A program made the translations under genes and the position numbers. DNA of 64,000 bases, from assembly GCA_030390025.1 (NCBI GenBank), contig CM059438.1, positions 67,582,001 to 67,646,000 on the forward strand, given 5' to 3'. The stretch is from Squalus acanthias. Lineage: Eukaryota. Under the pieces are notes generated by a model. It was not told where the DNA came from. It worked only from the letters and a program-made list of their open reading frames with translations, and did no database searches. Each line of letters opens with the position of its first letter. Within the stretch, counting starts at the first letter, position 1. Below are positions 13,206 through 25,018 of this stretch, piece after piece.

Positions 13206-15818
13206 TCAATCTAGTAACCTTCGCTGCACTCCCTCAATAGCAAGAATGTCCTTCCTTAAGTTAGGAGACCAAAACTGCGCACAATACTCCAGGTGTGGCC
13301 TCACCAAGGCCCTGTACAACTGTAGCATCACCTCCCTACTCCTGTACTCAAATCCCCTTGCTATGAAGGCCATCATTCCGTTTGCTTTCTTGACTGCCTG
13401 CTGCACTTGCATTCCCACCTTCAGTGACTGATGTACCATGACGCCCAGGTCTCGTTGCACGTCCCCTTTCCCTAATCTGCCACCATTCAGGTAATAGTCC
13501 GCCTCTCTATTTTTACCACCAAAGTGGATAACCTCACATTTATCCACATTGTACTTCATCTGCCATACATTTGCCCATTCACCCAACCTGTCCAAGTCAC
13601 TCTGTAGCCTCCTAGCATCCCCCTCATTGTTCACACTGCCTCCCAATTTAGTGTCATCCGCAAATTTGGAGATATTACATTTAATCCCTTCGTCCAAATC
13701 ATTAATATATAATGTAAACAGCTGGGGTCCCAGCACCGAACCCTGCGGTACCCCGCTGGTCACTGCCTGCCATTCTGAAAAGTACCCATTTACTCCTACT
13801 CTTTGTTTCCTGTGTGCCAACCAGTTCTCAATCCACGTCAACACATTACCCCCAATCCCATGTGCTTTAACTTTGCTCACCAATCTCTTGTGTGGGACCT
13901 TGTCGAAGGCCTTCTGAAAGTCCAAATACACCACGTCTACTGGTTCCCCCCTGTCCACCCTATTGGAAACATCCTCAAAAAATTCCAGAAGATTTGTCAA
14001 GCATGATTTCCCTTTCACAAATCCATGCTGACTTGGACCTATCATGTCGTCACTTTCCAAATGGTCTGTTATGACATCTTTAATAATTGCTTCCATCATT
14101 TTACCCACGACCGATGTCAGGCTGACCGGTCTATAATTCCCTGCTTTCTCCCTCCCTCCTTTTTTAAAAAGAAGGGTTACATTGGCCACCCTCCACTCCA
14201 TCGGAACTGATCCAGAGTCTAAGGAATGTTGGAAAATGATCGTCAATGCATCCACTATTTCCAAGGCCACCTCCTTAAGTACTCTGGGATGCAGACCATC
14301 AGGCCCCGGGGATTTTTCAGCCTTCAGTCCCATCAATTTCCCCAATACCTTTTCCCGACTAATAAGGATTTCCCTCAGCTCCTCCCTCTTACCAGATCCT
14401 CTGACCCCTTTTATTTTGGGCAGGTTGTGTGTGTCCTCCACAGTAAACACCGAACCAAAGTACTTGTTCAATTGAGCTGCCATTTCCTTGTTCCCCATTA
14501 CGACTTCCCCTGTTTCCGACTGCAGGGGACCTACGTTTGTTTTTACTAACCTCTTTCTTTTTACATATTTATAGAAGCTTTTGCAGTCCATTTTAATGTT
14601 CTCTGCAAGCTTCCTTTCATATTTTATTTTCCCTGCCCTAATCAAACCCTTCGTCCTCCTCTGCTGAGTTTTGAAGTTCTCCCAGTCCCCGGGTTTGCTG
14701 CTACTTCTGGCCAATTTGTATGCAACTTCCTTGGTTTTAATACTATCCCTGATTTCCCTTGTTAGCCATGGTTGAGCCACCTTCCCTTTTTTATTTTTAT
14801 GCCAGACCGGGATGTACAATTGTTGTAGTTCATCCATGCGATCTCTAAATGTCTGCCATTGCCCTTCCACTGATAGCCCCTTAAATATCGCTTGCCAATT
14901 TAACCTCGCCAATTCACGCCTCATACCCTCAAAGTTGCCCTTATTTAAGTTCTGGACCATGGTCTCTGACTTAACTGTTTCCTTCTCCATCCTAATGTAG
15001 AACTCCACCATACTATGGTCACTCTTCCCCAGGGGGCCTCGTACCACAAGATTGCTGATTAGTCGCTCCTCATTACACAACACCCAGTCCAGGATGGCCT
15101 CCCCTCGAGTTGGTTCCTCAACATATTGGTTTAGGAAACCATCCCTTAAACACTCCAGGAAATCCTCCTCCACCGTATTGCTTCCAGTTTGAGTAGCCCA
15201 ATCTATATGCATATTAAAGTCACCCATGATAACTGCCATGCCTTTTTTGCACGCACCTCTGATTTCCTGTTTCATACTCTCCCCCACCTCACTACTGCTG
15301 TTTGGAGGTCTGTACACAACTCCCACTAACGTTTTCTGCCCTTTGGTGTTCTGCAGCTCAACCCATATTGATTCCACATCCTCCAAGCTGATGTCCTTCC
15401 TAGCTATTGCATTAATCTCCTCTTTAACCAGCAATGCTACCCCACCCCCTTTTCCTTTTATTCTAACCTTTCTGAATGTTGAATACCCCTGGATGTTCAG
15501 TTCCCAGCCTTGATTGTTCTGGAGCCACGTCTCTGTAATCCCAATCACATCGTATCCGTTAACATCTATTTGCGCAGTCAATTCATCCACCTTATTACGG
15601 ATACTCCTTGCATTAAGACACAGAGCCTTTAGGCTTGTTTTATTAACATCCTTTGTCCTTTTAGACTTATGATTTAGTATGGCCCTTTGTGTTTCTTGCC
15701 TTTGTTTACTCGGCCTTCCCCTATTGTTTCTCACCCTTCTAACATTTGTTTCTGACTGCATATTAGTTCCCCCTGTTTCGCTACATAGGTTCCCATTCCC
15801 CTGCCATATTAGTTTAAA
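13206..15818 (-). CDS. CR1 ORF2 APE+RT, open from the slippery site to a 1-nt lesion near 13215 (first ATG 15761)
   Basis: NARSIRNK, ITETWL, MGDFN, SDH, LDFQKAFDKV, PQGS, FADD all in one frame. Confidence 0.88.
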   Translation of the reverse strand, partial: FKLIWQGNGNLCSETGGTNMQSETNVRRVRNNRGRPSKQRQETQRAILNHKSKRTKDVNKTSLKALCLNARSIRNKVDELTAQIDVNGYDVIGITETWLQNNQGWELNIQGYSTFRKVRIKGKGGGVALLVKEEINAIARKDISLEDVESIWVELQNTKGQKTLVGVVYRPPNSSSEVGESMKQEIRGACKKGMAVIMGDFNMHIDWATQTGSNTVEEDFLECLRDGFLNQYVEEPTRGEAILDWVLCNEERLISNLVVRGPLGKSDHSMVEFYIRMEKETVKSETMVQNLNKGNFEGMRRELARLNWQAIFKGLSVEGQWQTFRDRMDELQQLYIPVWHKNKKGKVAQPWLTREIRDSIKTKEVAYKLARSSSKPGDWENFKTQQRRTKGLIRAGKIKYERKLAENIKMDCKSFYKYVKRKRLVKTNVGPLQSETGEVVMGNKEMAAQLNKYFGSVFTVEDTHNLPKIKGVRGSGKREELREILISREKVLGKLMGLKAEKSPGPDGLHPRVLKEVALEIVDALTIIFQHSLDSGSVPMEWRVANVTLLFKKGGREKAGNYRPVSLTSVVGKMMEAIIKDVITDHLESDDMIGPSQHGFVKGKSCLTNLLEFFEDVSNRVDRGEPVDVVYLDFQKAFDKVPHKRLVSKVKAHGIGGNVLTWIENWLAHRKQRVGVNGYFSEWQAVTSGVPQGSVLGPQLFTLYINDLDEGIKCNISKFADDTKLGGSVNNEGDARRLQSDLDRLGEWANVWQMKYNVDKCEVIHFGGKNREADYYLNGGRLGKGDVQRDLGVMVHQSLKVGMQVQQAVKKANGMMAFIARGFEYRSREVMLQLYRALVRPHLEYCAQFWSPNLRKDILAIEGVQRRLLD

Positions 15819-16753
15819 TCCTCCCGAACTGCTTTAGCAAATATTACCCCGAGGACATCGGTTCCAGTCCTGCCCAAGTGCAGACCGTCCCTTTTGTACA
15901 GGTCCCACTTCCCCCAGAACTGGTTCCAATGCCTCAGGAATTTGAATCCCTCCTTCCTGCACCACTGCTCAAGCCACGTATTCAATCTCACTATCCTGTT
16001 CTCTCTATTCTGATTAGCACGTGGCCCTGGTAGCAATCCAGAGATTACTACCTTAGAGGTCCTACTTTTTAATTTAGCTCCTAGCTCCCTAAATTCTGCT
16101 TGTAGGACCTCTTCCCGCTTTTTACCTATATCGTTGGTACCTACATGCACCACGACAGCTGGCTGTTCACCCTCCCTCTTCAGAATGTTCTGCAGCCGCT
16201 CCGAGACATCCTTGACCCTTGCACCAGGGAGGCAACATACCATCCTGGAATCTCGGTTGCGGCCACAGAAACTCCTGTCTATTCCCCTTACAATTGAGTC
16301 CCCTATCACTATAGCCCTACCACTCTTTTTCCCGCCCTGCTGTGCAGCAGAGCCAGCCATGGTGCCATGAACCTGGCTGCTAGTGCCTTCCCCTGGTGGG
16401 CCATCTCCCCCAACAGTATCCAAAGCGGCATACCTGTTTTGGAGGGAGATGACCACAGGGGACTCCTGCACTACCTTCCTGATATTGCCCTGCTTCTTGG
16501 TCACCCATTCACTGTCTGTCCTAGCCTTTACCTGCGGTGTGGACAACTCACTAAATGAGCGATTCACCGAGTTCTCGGCATCGTGCATGCTCCAGAGTGA
16601 GTCCACCCGCAGCTCCAGCACCGCCATGCGGGCTGTCAGGAGCTGCAGCTGGACACACTTCCTGCACACGTAGTTGTCAGGGACACTGGAAGTGTCCCTG
16701 GTTTCCCACATGGCACAGGAGGAGCATGAAACGGGTCCGAGACTTCCTGTCAT
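15809..16753 (-). CDS. CR1 ORF1p, intact, 314 aa: Zn finger + coiled coil + SGNH esterase
   Basis: CSSC..CRKC; GDS, PGA, GTND, DGLH blocks intact. Confidence 0.92.
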   Translation of the reverse strand: MTGSLGPVSCSSCAMWETRDTSSVPDNYVCRKCVQLQLLTARMAVLELRVDSLWSMHDAENSVNRSFSELSTPQVKARTDSEWVTKKQGNIRKVVQESPVVISLQNRYAALDTVGGDGPPGEGTSSQVHGTMAGSAAQQGGKKSGRAIVIGDSIVRGIDRSFCGRNRDSRMVCCLPGARVKDVSERLQNILKREGEQPAVVVHVGTNDIGKKREEVLQAEFRELGAKLKSRTSKVVISGLLPGPRANQNRENRIVRLNTWLEQWCRKEGFKFLRHWNQFWGKWDLYKRDGLHLGRTGTDVLGVIFAKAVREDLN

Positions 16754-16943
16754 GACTTAACCCTTATGTTACTTTATTACTAAAATTTAAACTTATTTAT
16801 CTTAGGTCCAGGAGTTAAGTCCCTGAAAACAAAATATAAAATCGAACCTACCTTTTAAATTCCCTCTACCCCTAAAGGTTAGAGGAGGTGGGAGGGTGGG
16901 AGTCACTACTAGTGTAGTGTCTCGGGTTTAGCAACCGCTCCAC

Positions 16944-17000
16944 CTATATACGGGTACCAATGAATTGGCCCCGCCCCCTGCCTTTGAAAAAGCCCGCGAA
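16944..17000 (-). promoter_or_regulatory. Candidate internal Pol II promoter in the CR1 copy 3 5'UTR
   Basis: Minus strand: TTCGCGGGCTTTTTCAAA, GC box GGGGCGGGG, CCAAT and ATTGG, then TATATAG ~190 nt upstream of the ORF1 ATG. Confidence 0.5.
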
Positions 17001-17038
17001 GCTCTTTCCCCGCTGGGGAAAAAGGCCACGTAGGTGAG

Positions 17039-17550
17039 TTTAATGACTCACCTCAGGCCTCTGCCGCTCCAACCAGGTCCGCCCCTCCTTCCCCGCTGCC
17101 GACCGCTCTGTGGGAGAGAGAAAGAAAGAAAGGCTCCTCCTCCCCCGCTGTCGACGCTGGTCTGAGGCCTACCTGAGCCTCGGGCCTCCCTTTAATGACT
17201 CACCTCAGGCCCCTGCCGCTCCAACCAGGTCCGCCCCTCCTTCCCCGCTGCCGACCGCTCTGTGGGAGAGAGAAAGAAAGAAAGGCTCCTCCTCCCCCGC
17301 TGTCGACGCTGGTCTGAGGCCTACCTGAGCCTCGGGCCTCCCTTTAATGACTCACCTCAGGCCTCTGCCGCTCCAACCAGGTCTGCCCCTCCTTCCCCGC
17401 TGCCGACCGCTCTGTGGGAGAGAGAAAGAAAGAAAGGCTCCTCCTCCCCCGCTGTCGACGCTGGTCTGAGGCCTACCTGAGCCTCGGGCCTCCCTTTAAT
17501 GACTCACCTCAGGCCTCTGCCGCTCCAACCAGGTCCGCCCCTCCTTCCCC
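17039..17550 (-). repeat. 152-bp tandem monomer x ~3.4 forming the CR1 copy 3 5' end
   Basis: Units start at 17039, 17191, 17343, 17495 and are almost identical. Confidence 0.95.
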
Positions 17551-18044
17551 CAGAAAATCTGTACCAGGGCAGATTTCCATCGTGTAAGAAGCAGGATTAA
17601 TTGATGAAATGGCCACTCGGTGAATGGTCTCTCATGTTCCTACTCCATGGTGCTACTTAAGCCTCAAATTTTCTTCTTCACTTTATTCTCTCCAAATGGG
17701 ACTGATGCTTACAGGGAGTAATGTACCCCAATTAAACCACTTAGCACACTAGCTGATCTTGCGACCTCTCTGGGTGAGATTACCAATATACGTTGACAGG
17801 TGCCAAATTACAGGCACTTCATGCTGTAGTCCAAAGTGGGTTGAGATTGTACAAACTGTTTTATGTGCAATCCTTTCAGTCAATCAAAAGAGGATATTTG
17901 CATTCTATCAATCAATGCTGGGTTCAAATTCAGCTGCTTATCCTTATATAATATATTTTAAAAAATCTGTCATATGTATCATTTCTTTTATCTACGTCAT
18001 GATTGTCAAGCCATTCTTCATTCTTCTTCATTGAATAAATGCTT

Positions 18045-18245
18045 ACGTTTTTTTTTTTCTTGCATTGTGGCAAGGCTGCATTTATTACCTATTCCTAGTT
18101 ACCCTGAGAAGATGGTGGTGGACTTTCTTATTTGGGGTGACTACTTTGGAGGGCATGAAGAGTCAACCGCGTAGTGCGGACTAGAGTTACATGAAGGTCA
18201 GACCAGATATCGTTAGCAGCTTCCCAACTGGGTTTTTAAAACAAT
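18045..18245 (-). mobile_element. Degraded SINE related to the Zenon-like LINE core and tail
   Basis: GGCAAGGCTGCATTTATTACCTATTCCTAGTTACCCTGAGAAGATGGTGG and AAGAGTCAACCGC resemble the reverse complement of tail and core. Confidence 0.6.
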
Positions 18246-19175
18246 CTAGCAGCTTTCCTGGTCATTTTTTTCCTGGTGCTAGCCAGTACCTTAGCAACTA
18301 TGATGCCGCGTAAGTTTATGCGTTTTCCCCTATCTAATTGGCCATTTTCGACTTTTATTATTCACTAGATGTAAAACCTTACAGCCCAATTTAAATTTTC
18401 TCCCCAGTCTTTATCCAACACGTTCACCCCAAAATCAAACACCGTAGAATAAAATTGGTCACGTGACTAGCACATGAAAAATAACCCCACAAAAAAATTC
18501 AGAAATTAGCTGTGAATTTGGCTCCAACAATTTCCCTTCTTCCACAAACAGCACAATGCTCTCCGTGGTGCCACTGGACATCCTGGGCTATAGGGCCACT
18601 GGACACCCTGGGTTATAGGTACACTCTCCCTCCCATATTTCATATTCTCACCTGGCCAGGTAACTCCTGGGGGCCTCCGTGACACCCCCACCCGCCCCCA
18701 TCCCCAACCAGGGACTGAACCATGCAGGTGTCGTTCTGTTCTTGACCAGTTCAAACCAGGTGTGGTGCAGCCAATAATCAACCTGGTGTGGGCTCACCAC
18801 CCAACCCAGGCCTAAGTCCCCGCTTCCTCTTCCCCCCCTCACAGAGACAGAGCCGCAGAACTCACTCCTTGGTCCAGGGTGGCTGCAAGTCCCACACCAG
18901 CGATCATTAACAGCCGCAGCTGCATCAACGACTAAAAAAAAGAAGAGAACTTTTGATGTCCTGCCCTTGTTTTTCAGGAGTCTGCACCAATTCACAGTGC
19001 ATGCAGCGGTACATAATTATTCAAACGGTTCTCTGTACTTTATTTCCTTCTCCCCAGATTTGTTCAGTATTTTCAAATCTTTGCAAGATTCTCAACATAC
19101 GGTCAGCACAATTGCATATAAATTGTAATGTGTAACCTTGCTTGGCCACTTTTATTTTTGTAAATGTGATATTTT

Positions 19176-19975
19176 GCAGCAAGACCTGGACAACATCCAG
19201 ACTTGGGCTCATAGGTGGTAAATATCATTCACGCTACACTAGTGCCAGGCAATGACCATCTCAAACAAAAGAGAACAGTCTCTTGAAATTCAATGGGATT
19301 GCCATCGCCAAATTCACCACCATCAACATCCTGGGGGTCACCATTGACCAGAAACTCAACTGGACCAGCAACATAAATGCCATGGCTACTGGAACAGGTA
19401 AGAGCCTGGGCATTCTTAACTCCCAAAGCCTCTCCACCACCTACAAGACAAAAATGAGGAGTGTGATGGAATACTCTCCACTTGCCTGGATGGTTGTAGC
19501 TACATCAACACTCAAGAAGCTCAACGCTATCCAAGACAAAGCAGTCGACTTGATTGGCACCCCATCCACCAACTCAAACATCCACTCCCTCTATGGCATA
19601 CTATGGCTGTAGTGTGTGCTATTTCCAGGATGACCTGCAGAAAATTGGCAAGCCTTCTTCTGCAGCATCTCCCAAATCCGTGATCTCCGCCACTTAGAAA
19701 GACAAGGGCTGCAGGCGCATGGGAACACCATCACCTCCACATCCCCCTCCAAGTCACACACCTTCCTGACTTGGACAAATATCGCCGTTCCTTCATTGTC
19801 TCTGGGTTAAAATCCTGGAACTCCCTACCTAACAGTATTGTTGGGAGCACCTTCAACACATGGACTGCAGCGGTTCAAGAAGAATGCTCACCAGCACCTT
19901 CTCAAGGGAAACTAGGGATGGGCAATAAATGCTGGCCTTGCCAGTGACGGCCACATCCTGAGAGTTAATAAAAAT
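19176..19975 (+). mobile_element. Zenon-like LINE 3' fragment, older
   Basis: TINILGVTIDQKLNWTS, RSVMEYSPLAW; tail GGGCAATAAATGCTGGCCTTGCCAG. Confidence 0.85.
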
Positions 19976-22900
19976 GATCTTTATTAATTCCCCCCATGCA
20001 ATATTGACAGCCTTTATCGCATTGTCCTTGTACTGGTTGATATATATTTCTGTTTCTGCTGACAACCTTGTCTTGGCAATGTACATTACAAGCTACATGG
20101 TCCATTTTATATGCATGTCTTTATACAGCAAGTAATATCTTTGTTCTGAAAATCAATATCAATCCAAATTGGAAAAAGAATAGAAAAATTTATGACAGAC
20201 CATGCAACAATAAGACCTTTGAAAATGATGATTCAGATTTAATCGGATTTTGTCTTTTCTTAGGCAAAAGCAACAGCACAGGAGCAAAACAATGCTTTAC
20301 ACAATTGTGTATTAGGAGGATTTCTTTTGGAAAATTCTAATGGAAATTGAGACAAAGTCTGATTTGGTTGGACTTCAGAATTCATTAGGGTCCTGTTTAT
20401 CATAGAATAGAATCATAGAATCATAGAATGGTTACAGCACGGAAGAAGGCCATTCGGCCCGTCGAACCAGTGGCGACTCTCAGCCAGCCCCACTCCCCCG
20501 CCCTTTCCCCGTAGCCCTGCAAATCTTTTTCCTTCAGATACTTATCCAACTCCCTTTTGAAAGATAAGATTGAGTTTGCCTCCACCACCCTTTCAGGCAG
20601 TGCATTCCAGATCTTAACCACTCGCTGCGTAAACAAGTTTTTTCTTACCTCGCCTTTGGTTCTTTTGCCAATCACCTTAAATCTGTGTCCTCTGGTTCTC
20701 GACCCTTCTGCCAATGGGAACAGTTTCTCTCTATCTACTCTGTCCAGACTGCTCATGATTTTGAACACCTCTATCAAATCTCCTCTCAATCTTCTCTGCT
20801 CCAAGGAGAACAACCCCAGCTTCTCCAGTCTATCAGCGTAACTGAAGTCCTTCATTGCTGAAATCATTCTCGTAAATCTTTTCTGCACCTTCTCTAAGGC
20901 CTTCACATCCTTCCTAAAGTGTGGTGCCCAGAATTGGACACAATACTCCAGTTGGGGCCAAACCAGTATTTTATACAGGTTCATCATAATTTCCACACTT
21001 TTGTACTCTATGCCTCTATTTATGAAGCCCAGGATCCCGTAAGCCTTTTTAACTGCTTTCTCAACCTGCCCTGCCACCTTCAACGATTTGTGCACACAAT
21101 CCCCTAGGTCTCTCTGTTCATGCACCCCCTTTAGGATTGTACCCTTTAGTTTATATGTCCTCTCCTCATTCTTTCTACCAAAATGTATCACTTCGCACTT
21201 TTCTGCGTTAAATTTCATCTGCCACGTGTCCGCCCATTTCACCAGCCTGTCTATGTCTTCCTGAAGTTTATCACTATCCTCCTCACTGTTCACTATACTT
21301 CCAGGTTTTGTGTCATCTGCAAATTTTGAAATTGTGCCCTGTACACCCACATCCAAGTCATTAATTTATATCAAGAAAAGCAGTGGTCCTAGAACTGACC
21401 CCTGGGGAACACCACTGTATACCTTCCTCCAGTCCGAAAAACAACCGTTCACCACTACTCTCTGTTTCCTGTCACTTAGCCAATTCCGTATCCATGCTGC
21501 CACTGTCCCTTTTATTCCATGGGCTTCAACTTTGCTGGCAGGCCTATTATGTGGCACTTCGTCGAATGCCTTTTGGAAATCCATGTACATTACATCAACT
21601 GCATTACCCTCATCAACCCTCTCTGTTACCTCATCAAAGAACTCAATCAAGTTAGTTAAACACGATTTGCCTTTAACAAATCCGTGCTGGCTTTCCTTAA
21701 TTAATCCACACTTGACCAAGTGACTGTTAATTTTGTCCCTGATTCCTGTTTCTAAAAGCTTCCCCACTACCGAGGTTAAACTGACCGGCCTGTAGTTGCT
21801 GGGTTTATCTTTACACCCTTTTTTGAACAATGGTGTAACATTTGCAATTCTCCAGTCCTCTGGCACCACCCCAGTATCTAAGGAGGATTGGAATATTATG
21901 GCCAGTAAGTCTGTGATTTCCGCCCTCAATTCCCTCAGCATCCTAGGATGCATCTCATCCGCTCCTGGTGATTTATCTACTTTAAGTACAGCCAACCTTT
22001 CTAATACCAACTCTTTATCAATTTTTATCCTATCAAGTATCTCCACGACCTCCTCCTTCACTATGTCTATGGCAGCATCCTCTTCCTTGGTGAAGACAGA
22101 TGTAAAGTACTCATTTAGTACCTCAGCCATACCCTCTGTCTCCATGCATAGGTCTCCTTTTTGGTCCCTAATCGGCCCCACCCCTCCTCTTACTACCCTT
22201 TTGCTATTTATATGCCTGTAGAAGACTTTTGGACTACCTTTTATATTGGCTGCCATTCTATTCTTCTACCCTCTCTTCGCCCCTCTTATTTTCTTTTTCA
22301 CTTCTCCTCTGACCTTTCTATATATAGCCTGATTCTCAGATGTATTTGCAACCTGACATCTGTCATACGTGCTCTTTTTCTGCTTCATCATATTCTCTAT
22401 CTGTTTCGTCATCCAGGGAGCCCTGACTTTAGTTGCCCTGCCTTTCCCCCTAGTGGGAATGTACTGAACTGTACCTGAACTATGTCCTCTTTAAAGGCAG
22501 CCCATTGTTCCATGACAGTTTTGCCTGCCAATCTTTGATTCCAGTTTACCCGGGCCAGATCCATTCTCATCCCACTGAAATTGGCTTTCCCCCCAGTTAA
22601 ACATTTTTACTCTAGATTGCTTCCTATCCTTTTCCATAGCTAATCTAAACCTTATGATGCTATGATCACTGTTCCCTAAATGTTCACCTACTGACACTTG
22701 CTCCACTTGATCTATCTCATTCCCCAGAACCAGATCCAGCAATGCCTCCTCCCTCGTCGGGCCAGAAACATACTAATCAAGAAAGTTCTCCTGAACACAC
22801 TTCAGAAATTCTTCCCCTTCTCTGCCCTTTACACTATTATGATCCCAGTCTATATTAGGATAGTTGAAGTCCCCCATTATTACTACTCTATAGTTCTTGC

Positions 22901-24351
22901 ACCGTTCTGTAATTTCTCTGCAAATTTGCTCCTCCATATCTTTTCCACTATTTGATGGTCTATAGAATGCACCTAGTAGTGTAATGGCACCTCTATTATT
23001 TCTTAACTCTAGCCATATCGATTCTGTCCTTGACCCCTCCAGGACATCCTCCCTCTCTAGCACTGTAACATTCTCCTTGACCAATACTGCCACACCACCT
23101 CCTAGCTTTCCTTCCCTATCTTTCCTGAACACCTTATAACCAGGAATATTTAATACCCAATCCTGCCCTTTTTTGAGCCAGGTCTCAGTTATTGCCACAA
23201 CATCATATTCCCATGTGGCTATTTGTGCCTGCAGCTCATTTACCTTGTTTACTACACTTTGTGCGTTCACATACATACACTGTAAACCCATCTTAGTCCG
23301 TCCTATATTCTCTCTTAGTTTCACCCCACCTAATAACTTACTATTTCTTACTTTAGTGCTCTCTGCCTCTCCCAATCCTTTGAGCACTTTATTTCCCCTT
23401 TCTAATGTTACATCCTGGTGCCCATCCCCCTGCCAAATTCGTTTAAACCCTCCCCAACAGCACTAGCAAACCTCCCCACGAGGATATTGGTTCCGGCCCT
23501 GTTGAGGAGCAACCCGTCCGGCCTGTACAGATCCCACCTCCCCAGAACTGGTCCCAATGCCCCAGGAATCTGAAGCCCTCTCTCCTGCACCATCTCTCCA
23601 GCCATGCATTCATCTGCTCTATCCTCCTATTTCTGTACTCACTTGCGTGTGTCACCGGGAGTAATCCAGAGATTACTACCTTTGAGGTCTTGCTTTTTAA
23701 CCTCTTTCCTAGCTCCCTAAAATCTGCCTGCAGGACCTCATCCCTCTTTCTACCTAAGTCATTGGTACCAATATGGACCACAACATACCATCCTGGACTC
23801 ACGTCTGCGGCCGCAGAAATGCCTGACTAACTATCGAATCCCCTACCACTATTGCTCTCCCACTCTTCTTCCTCCCCCATTGTGCAGCTGAGCCACCCGT
23901 GGTGCCACGGACTTGGCTGTGGCTGTAATCCCCAGAGGAATCATAGCCCTCACCAGTACTCAGCACCGAATACTGGTTGGAGAGCGAGATGCACACAGGG
24001 GACTCCTGCATTACCTGCTTGGTCCTCCTCTTCTGTCCGGCAGTCACCCATTCCCTCTCTGCCTGCGCACTCATTAGCTGCGGGGTGACCAGCTCCTGAA
24101 ACGTGCTATCCATGTAGCTCTCAGCCTCGCGGATGCACCGCAGTGACGCCAGCTGCTGCTCAAGCTCCGAAACCCGGAGCTCGAGCTCCTCCAGCTGACG
24201 ACACCTCCTGCACACGGGGTTGTTCAGGTCACGGGAAGGTTCCTGGAGTTCCCACATGGCACAGGATGTGCATTCCGTGGGACTGAGCTGCCCTGCCATG
24301 CCTCTATTTAATAGGCTATTAACTAACTTACAGAAATAAACTTAAGACTAA

Positions 24352-24879
24352 GGGGGAGAAATTCCCCATGAGGGCCGTTTGGGGCGCTAAGTCAAAAATG
24401 TTTGAAAAGCCAGGCACTAACCTTTCCAAACATTTGAGAAATTCCCATTTTTTGCTCCAAGAGGGAAGTGGAGCGTTAAATCAAGCTCTCCCCTTGCTTA
24501 AGGCAGGAATGTCCCGTTCCGGGGCGATGTGCTCAGCAGCGCCATGAGTGGCCATGTGTGGCACTGCCGCATTGCAGGGGCTCTTCCCTCAATTAAAGGG
24601 AAGGGCTCCATGCTACCAACGCTGCATTTTTTTTTGGCATCTGCTGGAGCACTGGGAGTGCCGCGCGATCAGCCCGCGTCCGGTGCTCAGAATTTTTTTT
24701 TTTAAAGCTGATTTTTTTTCTTGTCTTTAATGGCGCCCCGCGAGTGGCCAGCCTCAGTGTTTGCGACCCCTGCAGCACTCGGTAACATCGCCCGGTTATC
24801 GCCTCGGCGGGGGGCAAAAAGCCATTTGCGCCCTGTTAGCGCCTCCCGCCGGAGACGCAAACGAGGGGAATTTCGCCCC
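24352..24879. mobile_element. MITE, PIF/Harbinger-like
   Basis: TIRs GGGGGAGAAATTCCCC / GGGGAATTTCGCCCC, flanked by TAA at 24349-51 and 24880-82. Confidence 0.75.
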
Positions 24880-25018
24880 TAAGAGTCTTAAAGGTCGGGC
24901 CTACCTTTATCTGCGGCTGCTTCTCTCGCTCTCTTAGTTAAAGTGTCTTTTTTCACACGATTATCTATAGTTATATTAATTTGTTTATCTAGTTACGTTA
25001 GAGAGAATCAAACACTAA

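Larger units (their letters stand above)
13036..17550 (-). mobile_element. CR1 LINE copy 3, young; long 5'UTR retained, 3' end missing
   Basis: Intact ORF1, 851-codon open ORF2, tandem-repeat 5'UTR; homology to copy 1 stops at ...AAAACTAGAACC (13036). Confidence 0.95.

Noticed and set aside
15781..15807. ATG just after the ORF1 stop as the ORF2 start (reinitiation)
   Set aside because: Out of frame with ORF2, stops after 8 codons in copy 3, and is absent in copy 4.
13162..16755. Many plus-strand ORFs over CR1 copy 3, and similar antisense ORFs over other LINEs
   Set aside because: Antisense shadows of RT/APE/esterase coding sequence.
17039..17550. CRISPR-like array or duplicated 72-aa ORFs
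   Set aside because: Whole 152-bp units repeat with no unique spacers; eukaryotic LINE context, no cas genes.
18570..18619. 25-bp tandem duplication GCCACTGGACA(T/C)CCTGGG(C/T)TATAGG
   Set aside because: Only two units, no interpretable context.
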